From the NCBI RefSeq assembly GCF_009914755.1, contig NC_060925.1: a stretch of DNA of 64,000 bases. The stretch is one strand, 5' to 3'. Below the pieces are notes generated by a model, which worked only from the letters and a program-made list of their open reading frames with translations, was not told the origin of the DNA and searched no databases. The stretch is from the human T2T-CHM13v2.0 reference genome, Homo sapiens. Of this stretch, positions 19,345-38,974 are shown piece by piece; the first letter of the stretch is position 1; every line of letters begins with the position of its first letter. The position numbers were made by a program, and so were the translations under genes.

Positions 19345-20145
19345 CCTCTTCCCACCCTTTGCCCTCTCCTGCCATTCCCTCAGTCTCAATTCTTTCCCCC
19401 TCACATTCATTGGCACCTACCCTATGCCAGACCCTAACCTACAGGGGAAGTCAGGCACTTACGACAGGAGGTGATCAGGAAGGTGCACCTGGGTCGAGTC
19501 TCAGAGGATGAGCCGGTGAGGGGAAGGCTGTACCGGCCCCTAGCCAGAGAGCACAGCTTCCCTCCCTCACCCCTTCCTGCGACCTCAGGTGGCCACCCAC
19601 ACTACACCTGTCACTCTTGCTGGTGCCTCAGGGACTCCTCACTCGAGAGAAGGAGAGAGAGAGCACAAGTGAACTTTGCAGGCAAAATCTGAATCCCCTG
19701 CCCTATTTGAAAACCCCTTTCTAAGCTCTTCTGTGGCTCTCTCTTACAGCATCTTTTGGGAGAGAACATTTCTCTCCCATCTTCTATTGACCCAATCGAA
19801 CAAGGGCTTTCCAAGACTCATCTTCATACATTTGCTGTGAGGGATGAGTGTGAGTGAATCCGTACGAACAGCAAAGAGGGCTTTGAGCTTCCAACTGAGC
19901 AGGAGACAGTCATTTAAACAGGTCCTCTAGCCCCGTCCTCCCAAGGCAATCTGGGGAGATGAATGAAGGTGCACTGGAGAGACAGGGTGCATCCTGGAGT
20001 CAAACCGGCTTAGGCTTTCAATTCAGTCCCACCACTTATTAGCTGGATGACCTTGGGGAAGGCACTCAGCCAGTGTGGTTTGATTATCTGTACAGTTGAA
20101 GACAACAATTTCCACTTAGCTGTCTCATTGAAAATGTTCAATCAG

Positions 20146-24870
<4,725 letters not shown>

Positions 24871-25457
24871 AAAGACTTTGGAGCAAGGTGACCAGGAGCA
24901 CTTTTCTCTTGGGGACCCCATTAGGAGGCCTCCCCTCCTTAGCCTCCACTAGTCTCATCCTCCAAGAATCCAAGCAGGTGTGGAAAGCTTCCTCTCTCGA
25001 TGAGGACAAAAAGCCCTAGGTTTGCACTCCAACTCTGTCACAGCCTCAATAGTGGGATCTCGGGTAGGTCCCCTCTCCCTCTGGACTTTGGCTTCCTCAT
25101 GGTAGGGGTCGTCTGAGATGCAGTGATACGGAGGGTATGGCAGCAGTCTGAGAGCACAGAGTGTGCAACACTGCCTCTGTGGGGGATCAGGGAGGCTGGA
25201 TGGACAGAGGCCGTCTGAGATTACCACTGCCACCCACAATGGCTTCTGCCTACGATCTCAGGGAGAAGGTTCCACATCATTTGTCTCTGAACTCTTGTCT
25301 CTAGAAGGCCCTGCAGTCCCTCCTCTTTCCCACCCCAGACCCCTCTAGCTTTGCCTGTCCTGAGGAAATCCAGGTCATTTAAGCCCATGAGAAAATGCCA
25401 GGTGTGTCTGAAGCCAATCCGAATTGGGGGAGGGGGTCACTCCTTGTGTAACGTAGT

Positions 25458-25497
25458 TTAAAAAAAAAATCACAACAGGAAATAGCTACCGTTTATT
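25458..25497 (-). terminator. IL22RA1: IL22RA1 polyadenylation signal and downstream GU/U-rich element
   Basis: Minus strand reads AATAAA cggtagctatttcct GTTGTGA followed by a T run. Confidence 0.85.
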
Positions 25498-26513
25498 GGG
25501 CACTGCCCATGTACCAGGCACTATTAAGCACTTTAAAGACATGACTTCATTTCATCTTCACCACAACTCCATGAGGTAGGTGTTATGATCCCCACATTAC
25601 AGATGAGGAAACCGAGGTTCTGGGCACTGATTTCATTTGTTTGAAGTCACACAGCTTGTGAGTGGTGAGGCTGGAATTTGAGCCCAGATGGGCTGAACCC
25701 AAGGCAGAGCTTGCAAAGTTGTGACATCAGTACAGTGTGTTATTGTACCCGTCCAGGGGCCACAGCCCTCACCTTCCTTTCAAACCCCATTCTCAGGATA
25801 GGGTCTGAAACTCCTGCCTGCAGAAAAGGCTTGTGTGTCTCCCTCCCTGGTGGACCTGCATTTCGCTTTGTTCTATCAGAGGAATGAAGCTGAAATCGTG
25901 CAACGTCAGGCAGTTGCCCTGGCTGGGAATGAGCTGCAGGCCACACCCCTCCCTAGAGTCCTGCCGTCCTGCTGGCCCTGGCCTTGGCAGAAGTGCAGGT
26001 TGTTCTGGTTCTGCCCAGCCTCCTTCTGGTTCTTTTCCAGGCCTGGTTCTTTTCCAGGCTCTCTTCCCACCTTTGAACAATGACAGAAGAGGCAGGGGCC
26101 TCATGCTCTGTCGAGCTAGATTGTGAAACTGGCCAGGAATGGGGCAAGGAGAGGCAAATTCCCTGAGCACTTTGAATCCATGGTGTTAGGAGGTGGGGCT
26201 CTGGACCTCGGGAGTTTCCCTGCATTTCCTCCTTGCACTGTCATTTCTGCCTTGCAGGGCTCAGCGAGCACGCGCTTGTCTACACAAGCTGCTCCCCAGA
26301 GCTCCCCCGCTGCAGTCCTTATCATGCTGCTTTGTTCCGGTGAGGAGCGCACCCATGGCAGGGGCCCTGCATGCCACTCCCTCTGCTTCTCTCAAGGGCA
26401 CCCGTCTGAGGCCAGATCGCAGAGTGTGTGGCATGGGCAGGCATGGGATTGACAGCCAAGGATGTGACACTGGGTAGGGACAGGGAGGAAGCACCAAGCC
26501 TTTCCCATTCCCC
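25478..26513 (-). other. IL22RA1: IL22RA1 3' UTR (end approximate)
   Basis: Between stop codon TGA (26514-26516) and AATAAA (25492-25497). Confidence 0.85.
25482..25695 (-). mobile_element. MIR element forming the distal IL22RA1 3' UTR
   Basis: MIR core acagatgaggaaaccgagg...gtcacacagc...ggaatttgagcccag; on minus the tail reads aaagtgcttaatagtgcctggtacatgggcagtgcccAATAAAcggtagctatt. Confidence 0.85.
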
Positions 26514-27446
26514 TCAGGACTCCCACTGCACAGTCAGGGCCAGGCCTCTGAAAAGAGAATCCAGTTCTGTGGGCTGCTCCAGGTCTGAGGTCTCAGGGGC
26601 TGGGCTCTTGGCTTCATCCTTGGGACACACAAGGGACTCCAGCAGGCCCCAGGGACTTGGACCTTGGTCCGAGGGGGAACATGGACCGGAAGGAGGTTGC
26701 AAAGGGAGGGACATGGGGTGGCCCTCGATCTGGACTGAGGAGAGGAGGGGGAGCTGGCCCTTTAGGTACTGTGGTGTCCCTTCCTCCCCACTGTGTAGCA
26801 CATTTGGGTCAGATGTTCTGTCTGTGCAAATCCCCAGGGGCTGGTGCAATGATTTTGCTTCTTGGGATTCCTCCATAGCCAAGGAGGTCACCTCCTGCAG
26901 AGAAAGGCCACCTAACATGCAGCTTCCAGCTGGTGGCTCTTTCTGAAGCTGACCTTTAGGCCTAAGGTGTTTAGGACTAGAAAGTGTCCCAGTGGGGGAG
27001 TCTTTGCCAGAACCTTCCATGCATACCCCATAGGAGGGAGGCCAGCTGTCCGGAGTGGCTTGAGGGGCATAGGAGGAAGGCTGGACCTTAGAGATGGCCT
27101 GTGGGGCGTAGAATGGGAATTGAGCTTCGGGGGTCACCTGAGGTGCATAGGATGGGGGCCCGACCTCAGGGGCAGCGTTTGGGGCATAGGACAGTGGGGA
27201 GAGGATCTGGGGAGGTGGCACGTTGGAGGGCTGGAGGATGGAGATGTCTGGCTGCCCTAAGTAGGTGATCTCGGACAGGCTATGCCGCTGTGGAGCTCCT
27301 GCGGGCTCCCTGGGTCCAGACACCCTGATCTGGGAGTACTGGACAGGCTGGGCCAGACTGCTGGGGCCGCTGAGGTCAAAGACAGGGATCAGGACGTGCT
27401 CCTGGATGAAGCGCAGCGGCTGGAAAGTCAGGACTCGCTGGACGTT
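26514..27446 (-). CDS. IL22RA1: IL-22 receptor alpha 1 exon 7, cytoplasmic domain (N265-S574, stop)
   Basis: cacag|AAC GTC CAG; 933 nt; NVQRVLTFQPLRF...LALTVQWES*; the seven exons sum to 1725 nt = 574 aa + stop. Confidence 0.98.
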   Translation of the reverse strand, partial: NVQRVLTFQPLRFIQEHVLIPVFDLSGPSSLAQPVQYSQIRVSGPREPAGAPQRHSLSEITYLGQPDISILQPSNVPPPQILSPLSYAPNAAPEVGPPSYAPQVTPEAQFPFYAPQAISKVQPSSYAPQATPDSWPPSYGVCMEGSGKDSPTGTLSSPKHLRPKGQLQKEPPAGSCMLGGLSLQEVTSLAMEESQEAKSLHQPLGICTDRTSDPNVLHSGEEGTPQYLKGQLPLLSSVQIEGHPMSLPLQPPSGPCSPSDQGPSPWGLLESLVCPKDEAKSPAPETSDLEQPTELDSLFRGLALTVQWES

Positions 27447-28185
27447 CTGTGCAGGGACGACAACAGTCACCCCCCTGTGGTTAGGGTAAGTCCCAAGCTC
27501 CCTACTGGTGATGTGGGTGGGTGAGGTCCTCCATAGGGAGGCATCTGGGGGCTTTTTCAAGATGCGTCTGTCCCATATCCCCATCTGCTCCCCAGAGACT
27601 CCTCTAGGTGCAAGTGCCTCTCTGAAGGGACAGGGTCTCTCAGCTCTTTGGTTCTAAAGCCTGGGTTATCTCAGGGAGAGAGATCTGGGCTCTGGTTTCT
27701 CCAGGAGGCGGATAATCCAGGGAGTAGATGACCAGGATTTGGGGTTGCCTTGGGGCATGATCTCGAGGTGGTGGCCCGCATTGTTGCTTGGCCCACGGGT
27801 CCCTGAGGGCCTAATACAGGGTCAGGGTGGGAAAAGAAGGAGCCAGGAGAGACCGGGAGAGCTTTACAGAAAATGCTTCATCTGGACTTGCACATTGAGC
27901 AAAACTCCCTCAGAGCTCCTCTGTCCCTCCGATGGGCAAGAGCAGGCTCCGGGTGCCTCAGGTGGCTCAGCTCATGGCTTCTGCAGTGGCCTTGCTGCTC
28001 TAGCAGAGGCGGCACTGGCGTCAGGTGGGGGCTGCTGATGTGATTTGTGTGGCTGATGTAGGGCTTTCCATTTTATTTTTATTTTTTGGGTGGGGGGTGG
28101 TTTTATTTTTTGGGTGGGGGGTGGTTCTGGTCTTCACTTGCTACAGCAATTCTAAAAGAACTGTAACAAAGGGCTTTCCACTTAA

Positions 28186-28532
<347 letters not shown>

Positions 28533-29010
28533 TTAGTTCTGAATATTTGAAAATTGGGAGATTCCACAATATAATCTGAAACTCTGGCTTCTCTTGAAAA
28601 ACATGAAGATCAGGCAGTGCTGGGCCTGCATTCCCACATGGTGGTGCCCGGCTGCCCATTTAGACAGGGCATGAGTGCCACGGCTCTCCTGGCGCCCACC
28701 ATTCCTCCCTCGTTGCCTTGCTGCTCACTCAAGTCCCACACTACCCTCCTGGTGCTGGACACTTCCAAGCCATGTGGGTTTTTTATTCCATGTCTACTAT
28801 TCCTGATCACCCACCCCACTTCAATGTGTCCTGAGACCTGCTGGGCTACACGTCCGTTGACTTTAGCTGGGACTGTGAGCTCCGTGAATGGAGAGAGCAG
28901 GCCCATCTCCTGCTTTGTCTGTGGATCCCTGCATTTTGGGGACAACTGGGGACCTCGGAGCCCAGGCCCTCCCCTGGACCTCTCCCTCCCACCCTGGGGG
29001 GATGGCTCAC

Positions 29011-29132
29011 CAGGGAGTTGGGAGGTGCAGGCGGCTTGGTGACATATCTGTAGCTCAGGTAGCAGAGTACTGCGACGAGGAAGCCCATGGAGAACAGGAA
29101 GGCTCCGGAGAAGGAGTAGGTCCATGTCCGGT
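29011..29132 (-). CDS. IL22RA1: IL22RA1 exon 6, transmembrane segment and Pro-rich juxtamembrane region
   Basis: cccag|AC CGG ACA TGG...TCC CTG|gtgag; 122 nt; (D)RTWTYSFSGAFLFSMGFLVAVLCYLSYRYVTKPPAPPNSL. Confidence 0.97.
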
Positions 29133-32100
29133 CTGGGAAACCAAAGGGGCCAGAGAAGGAAGCGTGAGGCTGGGCTCTGCCTGGGCCCGGTTGGGTCTGG
29201 CCCCACATGTGGATGCTGAAAACCCTCTCTGGCTGGGCTGGCAAGGCCTCTCCTACCGTCAGAATGCAAGATCACAAATGGAAGTCCATATACTGTACAT
29301 CTAAATAGTCAGAATTTACAAATTATATTTTTACACTGTTAAATAAATAAAATGTTCGAGGTTTCCACCTTAACAAAAAGATTTTTTACAACCACCTGGG
29401 ATGCCATATTTTAATTCAGAGTTCTTGGACTTCTCTAGGTACTGTGCTGAAGTGGGGAGGTACAGGGAAAGCCCGCAGCGCACTGCAGGCCCCCAGCCCA
29501 GCCCAGCCCAGCCCAGTTCCATCCCACACTGCCAGGGCCCTCACGCACATGTGTATAGATGCCCCAGCCCTCATGGTCGAGCTCATCCATGTCCCCTCCA
29601 AATAGCCACCTGTTGGTCATCCTTTGGGCCAAGGGTCTGCACTACATGTCAGCAGTGTCTGCCCTCATGAGGAAGTACCCCCAAAAGAGGACTGCCTAGA
29701 CGGATCACAGGCTCTGGGCCATATGTACAGAGAGTTTCAGGGTCCCAGGTACTCACAATGTGATCTAGAAAGGAGGTCACAGGATCCAGATGGATCTGCC
29801 CCCTTTGTTGTATGGAGTCTTCATCTTGCAAGGAGGGGAATGGCCAGGACAGGGCCAGAGAAGGGCCTTCTAAAGTGCTGGGTGCAGGGAAAGGCCCCTT
29901 TTGCCTGAGTCTAAGGGTGGTCCTGCCTCCCTGGTAGGGTAGAGGCAGAGGGAGGGGAGAAGTGAAAACAGGGAGGCCTGTCCTCTCCACCTCCCTACCA
30001 AGATAAGGGGCTGGGCATCAGGGAAGATCTTGGTCAAGAAGGGAGCCTGGGAAGGCACTGTCCTGTCTAAAATGGAGGGGAGAGGGATGACTAGGGCTCT
30101 AGTGCCTGAGCCTCTCCCTGTGTCTCAGCATCTTTGGGATGGGTGCAGCCAGTTCCAGGCAGGACACACTTCCTGTCACCAGTCCAAGTGGGGCTTGTGA
30201 AGGACTTATGGAGGAAGAGGTTGTTGGAGTTTTTGGTAAAACTGACAGTTTGCAACAGAGGGAAGGTGACTCAGAGAGTCAAGACCCCTGCAGTCCAGGG
30301 GCCAGCTAATCACCCTCCCTCTCTTCCTGGCCCCTGTGCAGCCTCAGCTTGGAGAGTTTATCAATAGCTCCAATGACCTCGGCGATCACTGTGAACTCCG
30401 GGTACTGCTGGAACCTCTACTTCTAGCCCACTCCTCGATCCTCCCCTAGCCCACGAGCTTGGGCCTCTCTGGGTCAGCTTCCCACTTCAGTGAAACCCTG
30501 TCTCCTGTCACATGTTACCCCCATCCCTACTCCAGGAAAAAGACCCCACCCGAATGTCTATAACATTCCTGGAAAACCACTGCTGTTTGTTCCAGGACAG
30601 AATAGGGACATGGAATGGTCTCTGGCTTGACATATTTCCATTTCACACTGTGTGTATTGGATACATTGCCATTTCACCCATAGGGAGGCTGGATGGAATA
30701 TAAAAACACCACCAGCCTGAGAGTAAGGAATACAGGGTGTTAGAGGCCTGGCTCTGCCACAGATATGCTGAGCATCCTTCCTGCTGCACGACCCTCTCTG
30801 GTCTACCCTTTAATAATAACAGTAGCCAGCAGTGGTTGAACTCCTACTACAGGCCATGATCTGTATGATCATGTAGAGCTGGGTGCTCTACCTATGTTAT
30901 CTCACTACATCATCAAACACATCACAGAGGGGTAGGGACGCTCCCTTCCTATGGATAACAAAGCTGAGTCCCAGAGAGGTTAAGTGACCTGACCAAGGTC
31001 ACACAGCTACTCAGTGGAGTTACATGTGTAACTCAAAACTCATCCTCCCTGCCACTCTGCAAGGAAGCCTCAGTTTCCTCATCTGTAAGAGTAGGATATG
31101 AGGTGAGGTGGCCCTTAGAGCCTCTTCCGTCATCAAGATGCTGGGACAATGCTCTGTGACCCTCCCTGTTTATCTACGGAGAGGTAGGTAAAGGGGATTC
31201 TGAGGGTAATGCAGACGTCAGGATACACAGTCAAGGGCAGGATGCATCACTCTGAAATGGAAGTAGGAGGAAGAAGTGTGCAGTACAGGGGGCTCACTGT
31301 AAACAAAGTTGCAAAGTGGTGGGTAGAGCCCAGCCTTCAGAACCAGATGAATCAATCAGGTTCCCCAAGCAGCTGTGCGGTCACAGGGAAGTTGCTTAAC
31401 CTCTCTGAGCCAGAGTTCCTCCTCTGTAAAACGAGGATGATGCTACCCAGCTTACAGGATTGTTGTAAAGATTAAATAATATATGTTACATGTAATAATA
31501 AAGATTAAATAATATATGTAAAGCATTTGGCACAACTATTTGCTTGGCAATATAGTAGAACCTAATAAATGTAGGAATTGTTTTAAATATATTTTTAAGG
31601 ATAAGGTGCCTTCTATATGTCAGCAAGAAGTAGCCACCAGGAAGTGTGATTTATATAAAAGCTATAGTCTTAGGAAAAAATGGTATCTCATTATAAGCAA
31701 GACAAAGTAAGGCAACAGAAGGGTGTTGTGGGTAAGGGTGGAGTGGTCTTCACATTGTCAAAAAGCTGGTGGGCCAGGTCCCATGGGCCAGGAGCAGCTG
31801 AGATTTATCTAGGACAGTCCAGGGAAGGGGGTCATGAATCATACAAACACTCCCAGCTTAGCCCCAGAACGTCAGTTTCCTTTTTCTAGTTCTCCTCTTG
31901 CCAAGTTCTATTCTGAGCTCCCTAGCAGCCTTTGCCCCAGGAAGGGCATGCCCCATGCAAGTGGCCAGTGTTGGCTGTTCCGTGAGGCATAGCTCCCCTG
32001 CCAATTGGTGCACTGGGATTCAGGTGGAGAAATCAGTCTCTTGTGGGCTGTTTGGAAAAGTGATGAGTTTCCGAACAAACCTGAGGACCAGAGTGTCATT

Positions 32101-32569
32101 TTCTAGGGCCCAGCTCTGGCAGCTGCCTGGCCTCTGATTATCACCTCAGCCCAGGCATCAGCATCCCTATTTGTCAGATGAGGGATCAGGCTCCCAGAGG
32201 CTGAGTGACTCCCCCAGGCACGTGGTTGGCTGACATCTGACTAATACCGTGCCTTCTCATTCCTCACACGGTACTTCTCTTTCCACTATGCCACACACAA
32301 TGTCCAGCTTGCAAACTCAACTCTATTCTGAATGTTGGCATGGTTGGAACTGAAATCACTTACTGACATCATGAATCTGAACATGAGGATAAAGTGGAGA
32401 CTGTTTTACCAAATCTATCACATCCACTGCCGTCACCTTCATCCTCTAAACCTGCAGCTCTGAGCAATACAACGTTTCCCTCCGTCTATGAAAAGAAACA
32501 CTAATAAAAACATCATGATGCTTGTGATGAGAATCAAGTTTCAGTGTGCTAGAGGAAGGGACCATCTCA

Positions 32570-33321
<752 letters not shown>

Positions 33322-33849
33322 ATGGGCAAGTTACCTAACCACTCTGAACCTCAGGTTCTTCATCTGTAAAATGAGGATGAAAATAATACCTACCTCATAG
33401 ACTGCTCATGAGGCTTGCCCTTGGTTGTGCCTGGTTCCCAGTTAGCACTGCAGAAATGCTAGTTATCATGATACCATTATTATTATTTGACTTTGGAAGA
33501 TATTGAGGGATCTTTTTATCTTCTCTGCTTCCCCCCTGCAGATTTTCCCTCCAGTATATCTCACCTGGGTTAATATTAAGGTGAGTTTGCTTTGCCAAGG
33601 TACACATAAGGCCTGTCAGAGAGGGGAAATCCAGACATAGGCTGGAGGGTGAGAATCAAACATTTGCTTTGATAACTCATCAGCCAACTCTTTTATGGAT
33701 AAACAAAGATTGACTTCAATAACACACTGATAACCCTTCCATGGTTTTCTAGAGTGTTGCCAAGTCTCACCTTGGTTACAGGGAGGAAAGAGAAGAGTCA
33801 AGACTTGAATTCGGGAGCCCCACCTCCCTCTGGTTTCAGCCGAACTCAC

Positions 33850-33988
33850 CTGGCAGTGTCTTCACTCGGCACATGTAGGGGGCACTCTCCTTGGCCCAGG
33901 TGGGAACGCAAATCATGATGGTGCCAAGGAACTCTGTGTCAGGGGTCAGGCCGAAGAACTCATATTCTCTCTGCTTCCCTCCAAGGTG
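33850..33988 (-). CDS. IL22RA1: IL22RA1 exon 5 (second FnIII domain, C-terminal part)
   Basis: ttcag|CAC CTT GGA...CTG CCA G|gtgagt; 139 nt; HLGGKQREYEFFGLTPDTEFLGTIMICVPTWAKESAPYMCRVKTLP. Confidence 0.97.
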
Positions 33989-34232
33989 CTGAATTGGACA
34001 GAGAATGGAATGTGATTCCTGTTACACACCGATCTCCACATAGAGCCCAAGGAAGCTTGCTCGCTCCTCCTGGATTCTGGTTTGATGCTGATGGGTCTGT
34101 CTTCAGCCTCTGTTTCCATTCCCCTCCCTTCTGCTTTATCCCCAAATCCAATCAGTCTCCAAGCACGTGTGCCTTTCACTTGCAATAGTGTCTGGCCCAT
34201 AGGCAGTGGTTATACACACTATATAATGTGGT

Positions 34233-34260
34233 TATATACATATATATATATATATATATA
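34233..34260. repeat. (TA)n microsatellite
   Basis: Direct reading. Confidence 0.95.
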
Positions 34261-35759
34261 AAATGTGTGGTTATACACACATAATGGCAGCTGTCATTAT
34301 GACCTCCACCACCCTCCCACGCTCCCACTATCCCTCCTTCTTCCAATTCCTCTTGTCCTTCACCTTTTTGTGGTTAAACATCATAAACTTTTTGAACACC
34401 CATTCCTTTCTTTCTTTCCTCATTGCTTCTGCCTTAATTGGGCCTCAAGGCTTCAGCCTGGACTCTAGCAGTAGCCTCTTTCATGGTCGCCCATCTCTGG
34501 GTTTGCCCCTGTTCACTTCCATATTCATCCTAGTGTTTATAGGAATCTTTCTAAAAGACAATCTCATTATAATGCTCTTCTATTCAAAAGGCTTTGATGG
34601 CCTCACCCATATTTACAGAATAGAGTCCTGGTGCCTGGCTTCCAGTCCAGACTCATTTGTCTCTGCAGCCCACCTGGCTCTGCAGGCTCATCAATGCTGG
34701 ATACCTGCCACTCGGGTAAACACCTACCTTGCATAAGAAAGCCCTTGTTTCTTTGCATCTGCCAATCCTTCTGCTGGAACTGTGTTTTGATTCTCGTTCT
34801 TCTGTGTATCTCTCACCTTTTTGACCCAGAACTCCTCTCCCATGGCTGCCACATGTTATCCTGTCTGGCTCTCCTCCTACCTCTCTGACTGGTCTTTCGC
34901 TGGTTTTAGCCCCTCAATGTTGTTCTGCAAGATTTGCTCTTCAACCATTTCCTTCTCTCTCACATACTCTCCAGCCACTTAGTGATCTTATCTGAACCCA
35001 TGGCTGCTGTGAGCACCGATGTGTGGATAACTCCCAAACTTATCTCAGGAAGAGCTGTAGAGTTTCTGATGGGCCCTGCCAGCTCCCTGCTGAATAGTAC
35101 CATGTGAGCATCTCTAAGTCAACATGTCCGAACATGCTGCCCTCCTCTCTCTGGGGCTGGCCCCATCCCAGACCCCAAACCCAAATCTGCTTTTGATTCT
35201 CTAATTTTGATAATAGCATCACTCTTCTTCTAATCTCCAGGGCCTAAACCTTGAAGCCATTTTGGACAAATCCCCTCTCATATCTTTGGTATCAAATTGC
35301 CCTTAAAGGATCCAGAAATCTTCCTTTAAAGGGCCAGAACCTGTGTTCTCGGGAGTTCAAAAACTGAGAATTTTCTTTGGCTCTTTGTATTTCAGCTCTG
35401 CCTTCTCTTTTTCAGGCACATGGAGGCCAAGGTTGAGGGTAATTTACTGTTTTCTTTTGTGTGTGTTTATGGGGATGGTGGTGACAGTGAGTGAAGAAGT
35501 ACATAAATAAATTTTTTAACTTATTGTTTTGTGGAACTCATGTGGTTGGAACTGGACACATTACATATCATGAGACATAACTCCAGGAGAGTTGCCAAGG
35601 CCCTGATTCCTCCTTTCCCAAGTTTTTCACGACCTCCATCCTGGTTCAGGCCCTCATTTCCAGCCTATACCATTGCAATAATCTTTTGACTTGCCAGCCT
35701 GATATCTCTTCCATTTCCATATTTGATCTTTCTTCATTCTAATCCTAGTAATTTATATC

Positions 35760-37710
<1,951 letters not shown>

Positions 37711-38045
37711 TGATAAGGACTCTCCCTGCTTAGTAATCTCTAGTGGCTCCCCCAACTACCGAAAGAAACAAAAATTCGTCCCCTCCACCACCCTATCCCT
37801 TCTACAGCATAGTCCCATCCAGTCTTCTGAGGTTTATCTCCCGGGGTCCCTCCACGTCAGAGGTTCTCAAGCTTTGCGTTGGGGAAGAAGCGCCTGGGTT
37901 GCTCACTAAAATTCAGATCCCAGGGATGCAAGTGCAATAACTTGATGAAGTTGACTGGAAGGGGACCCAAGAATCTGCATTTTAAACAAGTGCTGCAGGA
38001 GATTCTGATGCTGTTTGTTTGGGACCATGGTTTTTGTGTGTGTGT

Positions 38046-38719
<674 letters not shown>

Positions 38720-38773
38720 TCATCTAGACAATGGAGATGATAGAACCTGCCTCACAAGGCCGTGGTGAAGATT

Positions 38774-38974
38774 AAATGACATAATATGCATGTATTACCT
38801 GGCATGCCTCAGAAATTGATACTGGCTTCCAGAAAGCCAATACCAATTTCTGTGGCATGCCAGGTAATATATGACTATTAATGACATAATATGCATATTA
38901 TGCATATTAGGCTTTCTGGAAGCCAGTACCAATTTCTGCGGCATGCCAGGTAATATATGCATATTATGTCATTT
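38774..38974. repeat. 65-bp inverted repeat with a nested partial third copy
   Basis: 38774-38838 vs reverse complement of 38910-38974: 62/65 identical. Confidence 0.95.

Noticed and set aside
27447-27584. N-terminal 46 aa of the 356-aa ORF 26514..27584
   Set aside because: Intron 6 sequence that happens to be open; the real exon starts at the cag|AAC acceptor at 27446
28610-29275. 221-aa minus-strand ORF across IL22RA1 exon 6
   Set aside because: Out of frame with the TM exon, mostly intronic, low-complexity composition
29492-29516. (CCCAG)5 resembling immunoglobulin switch pentamers
   Set aside because: Only 25 bp; an ordinary short tandem repeat
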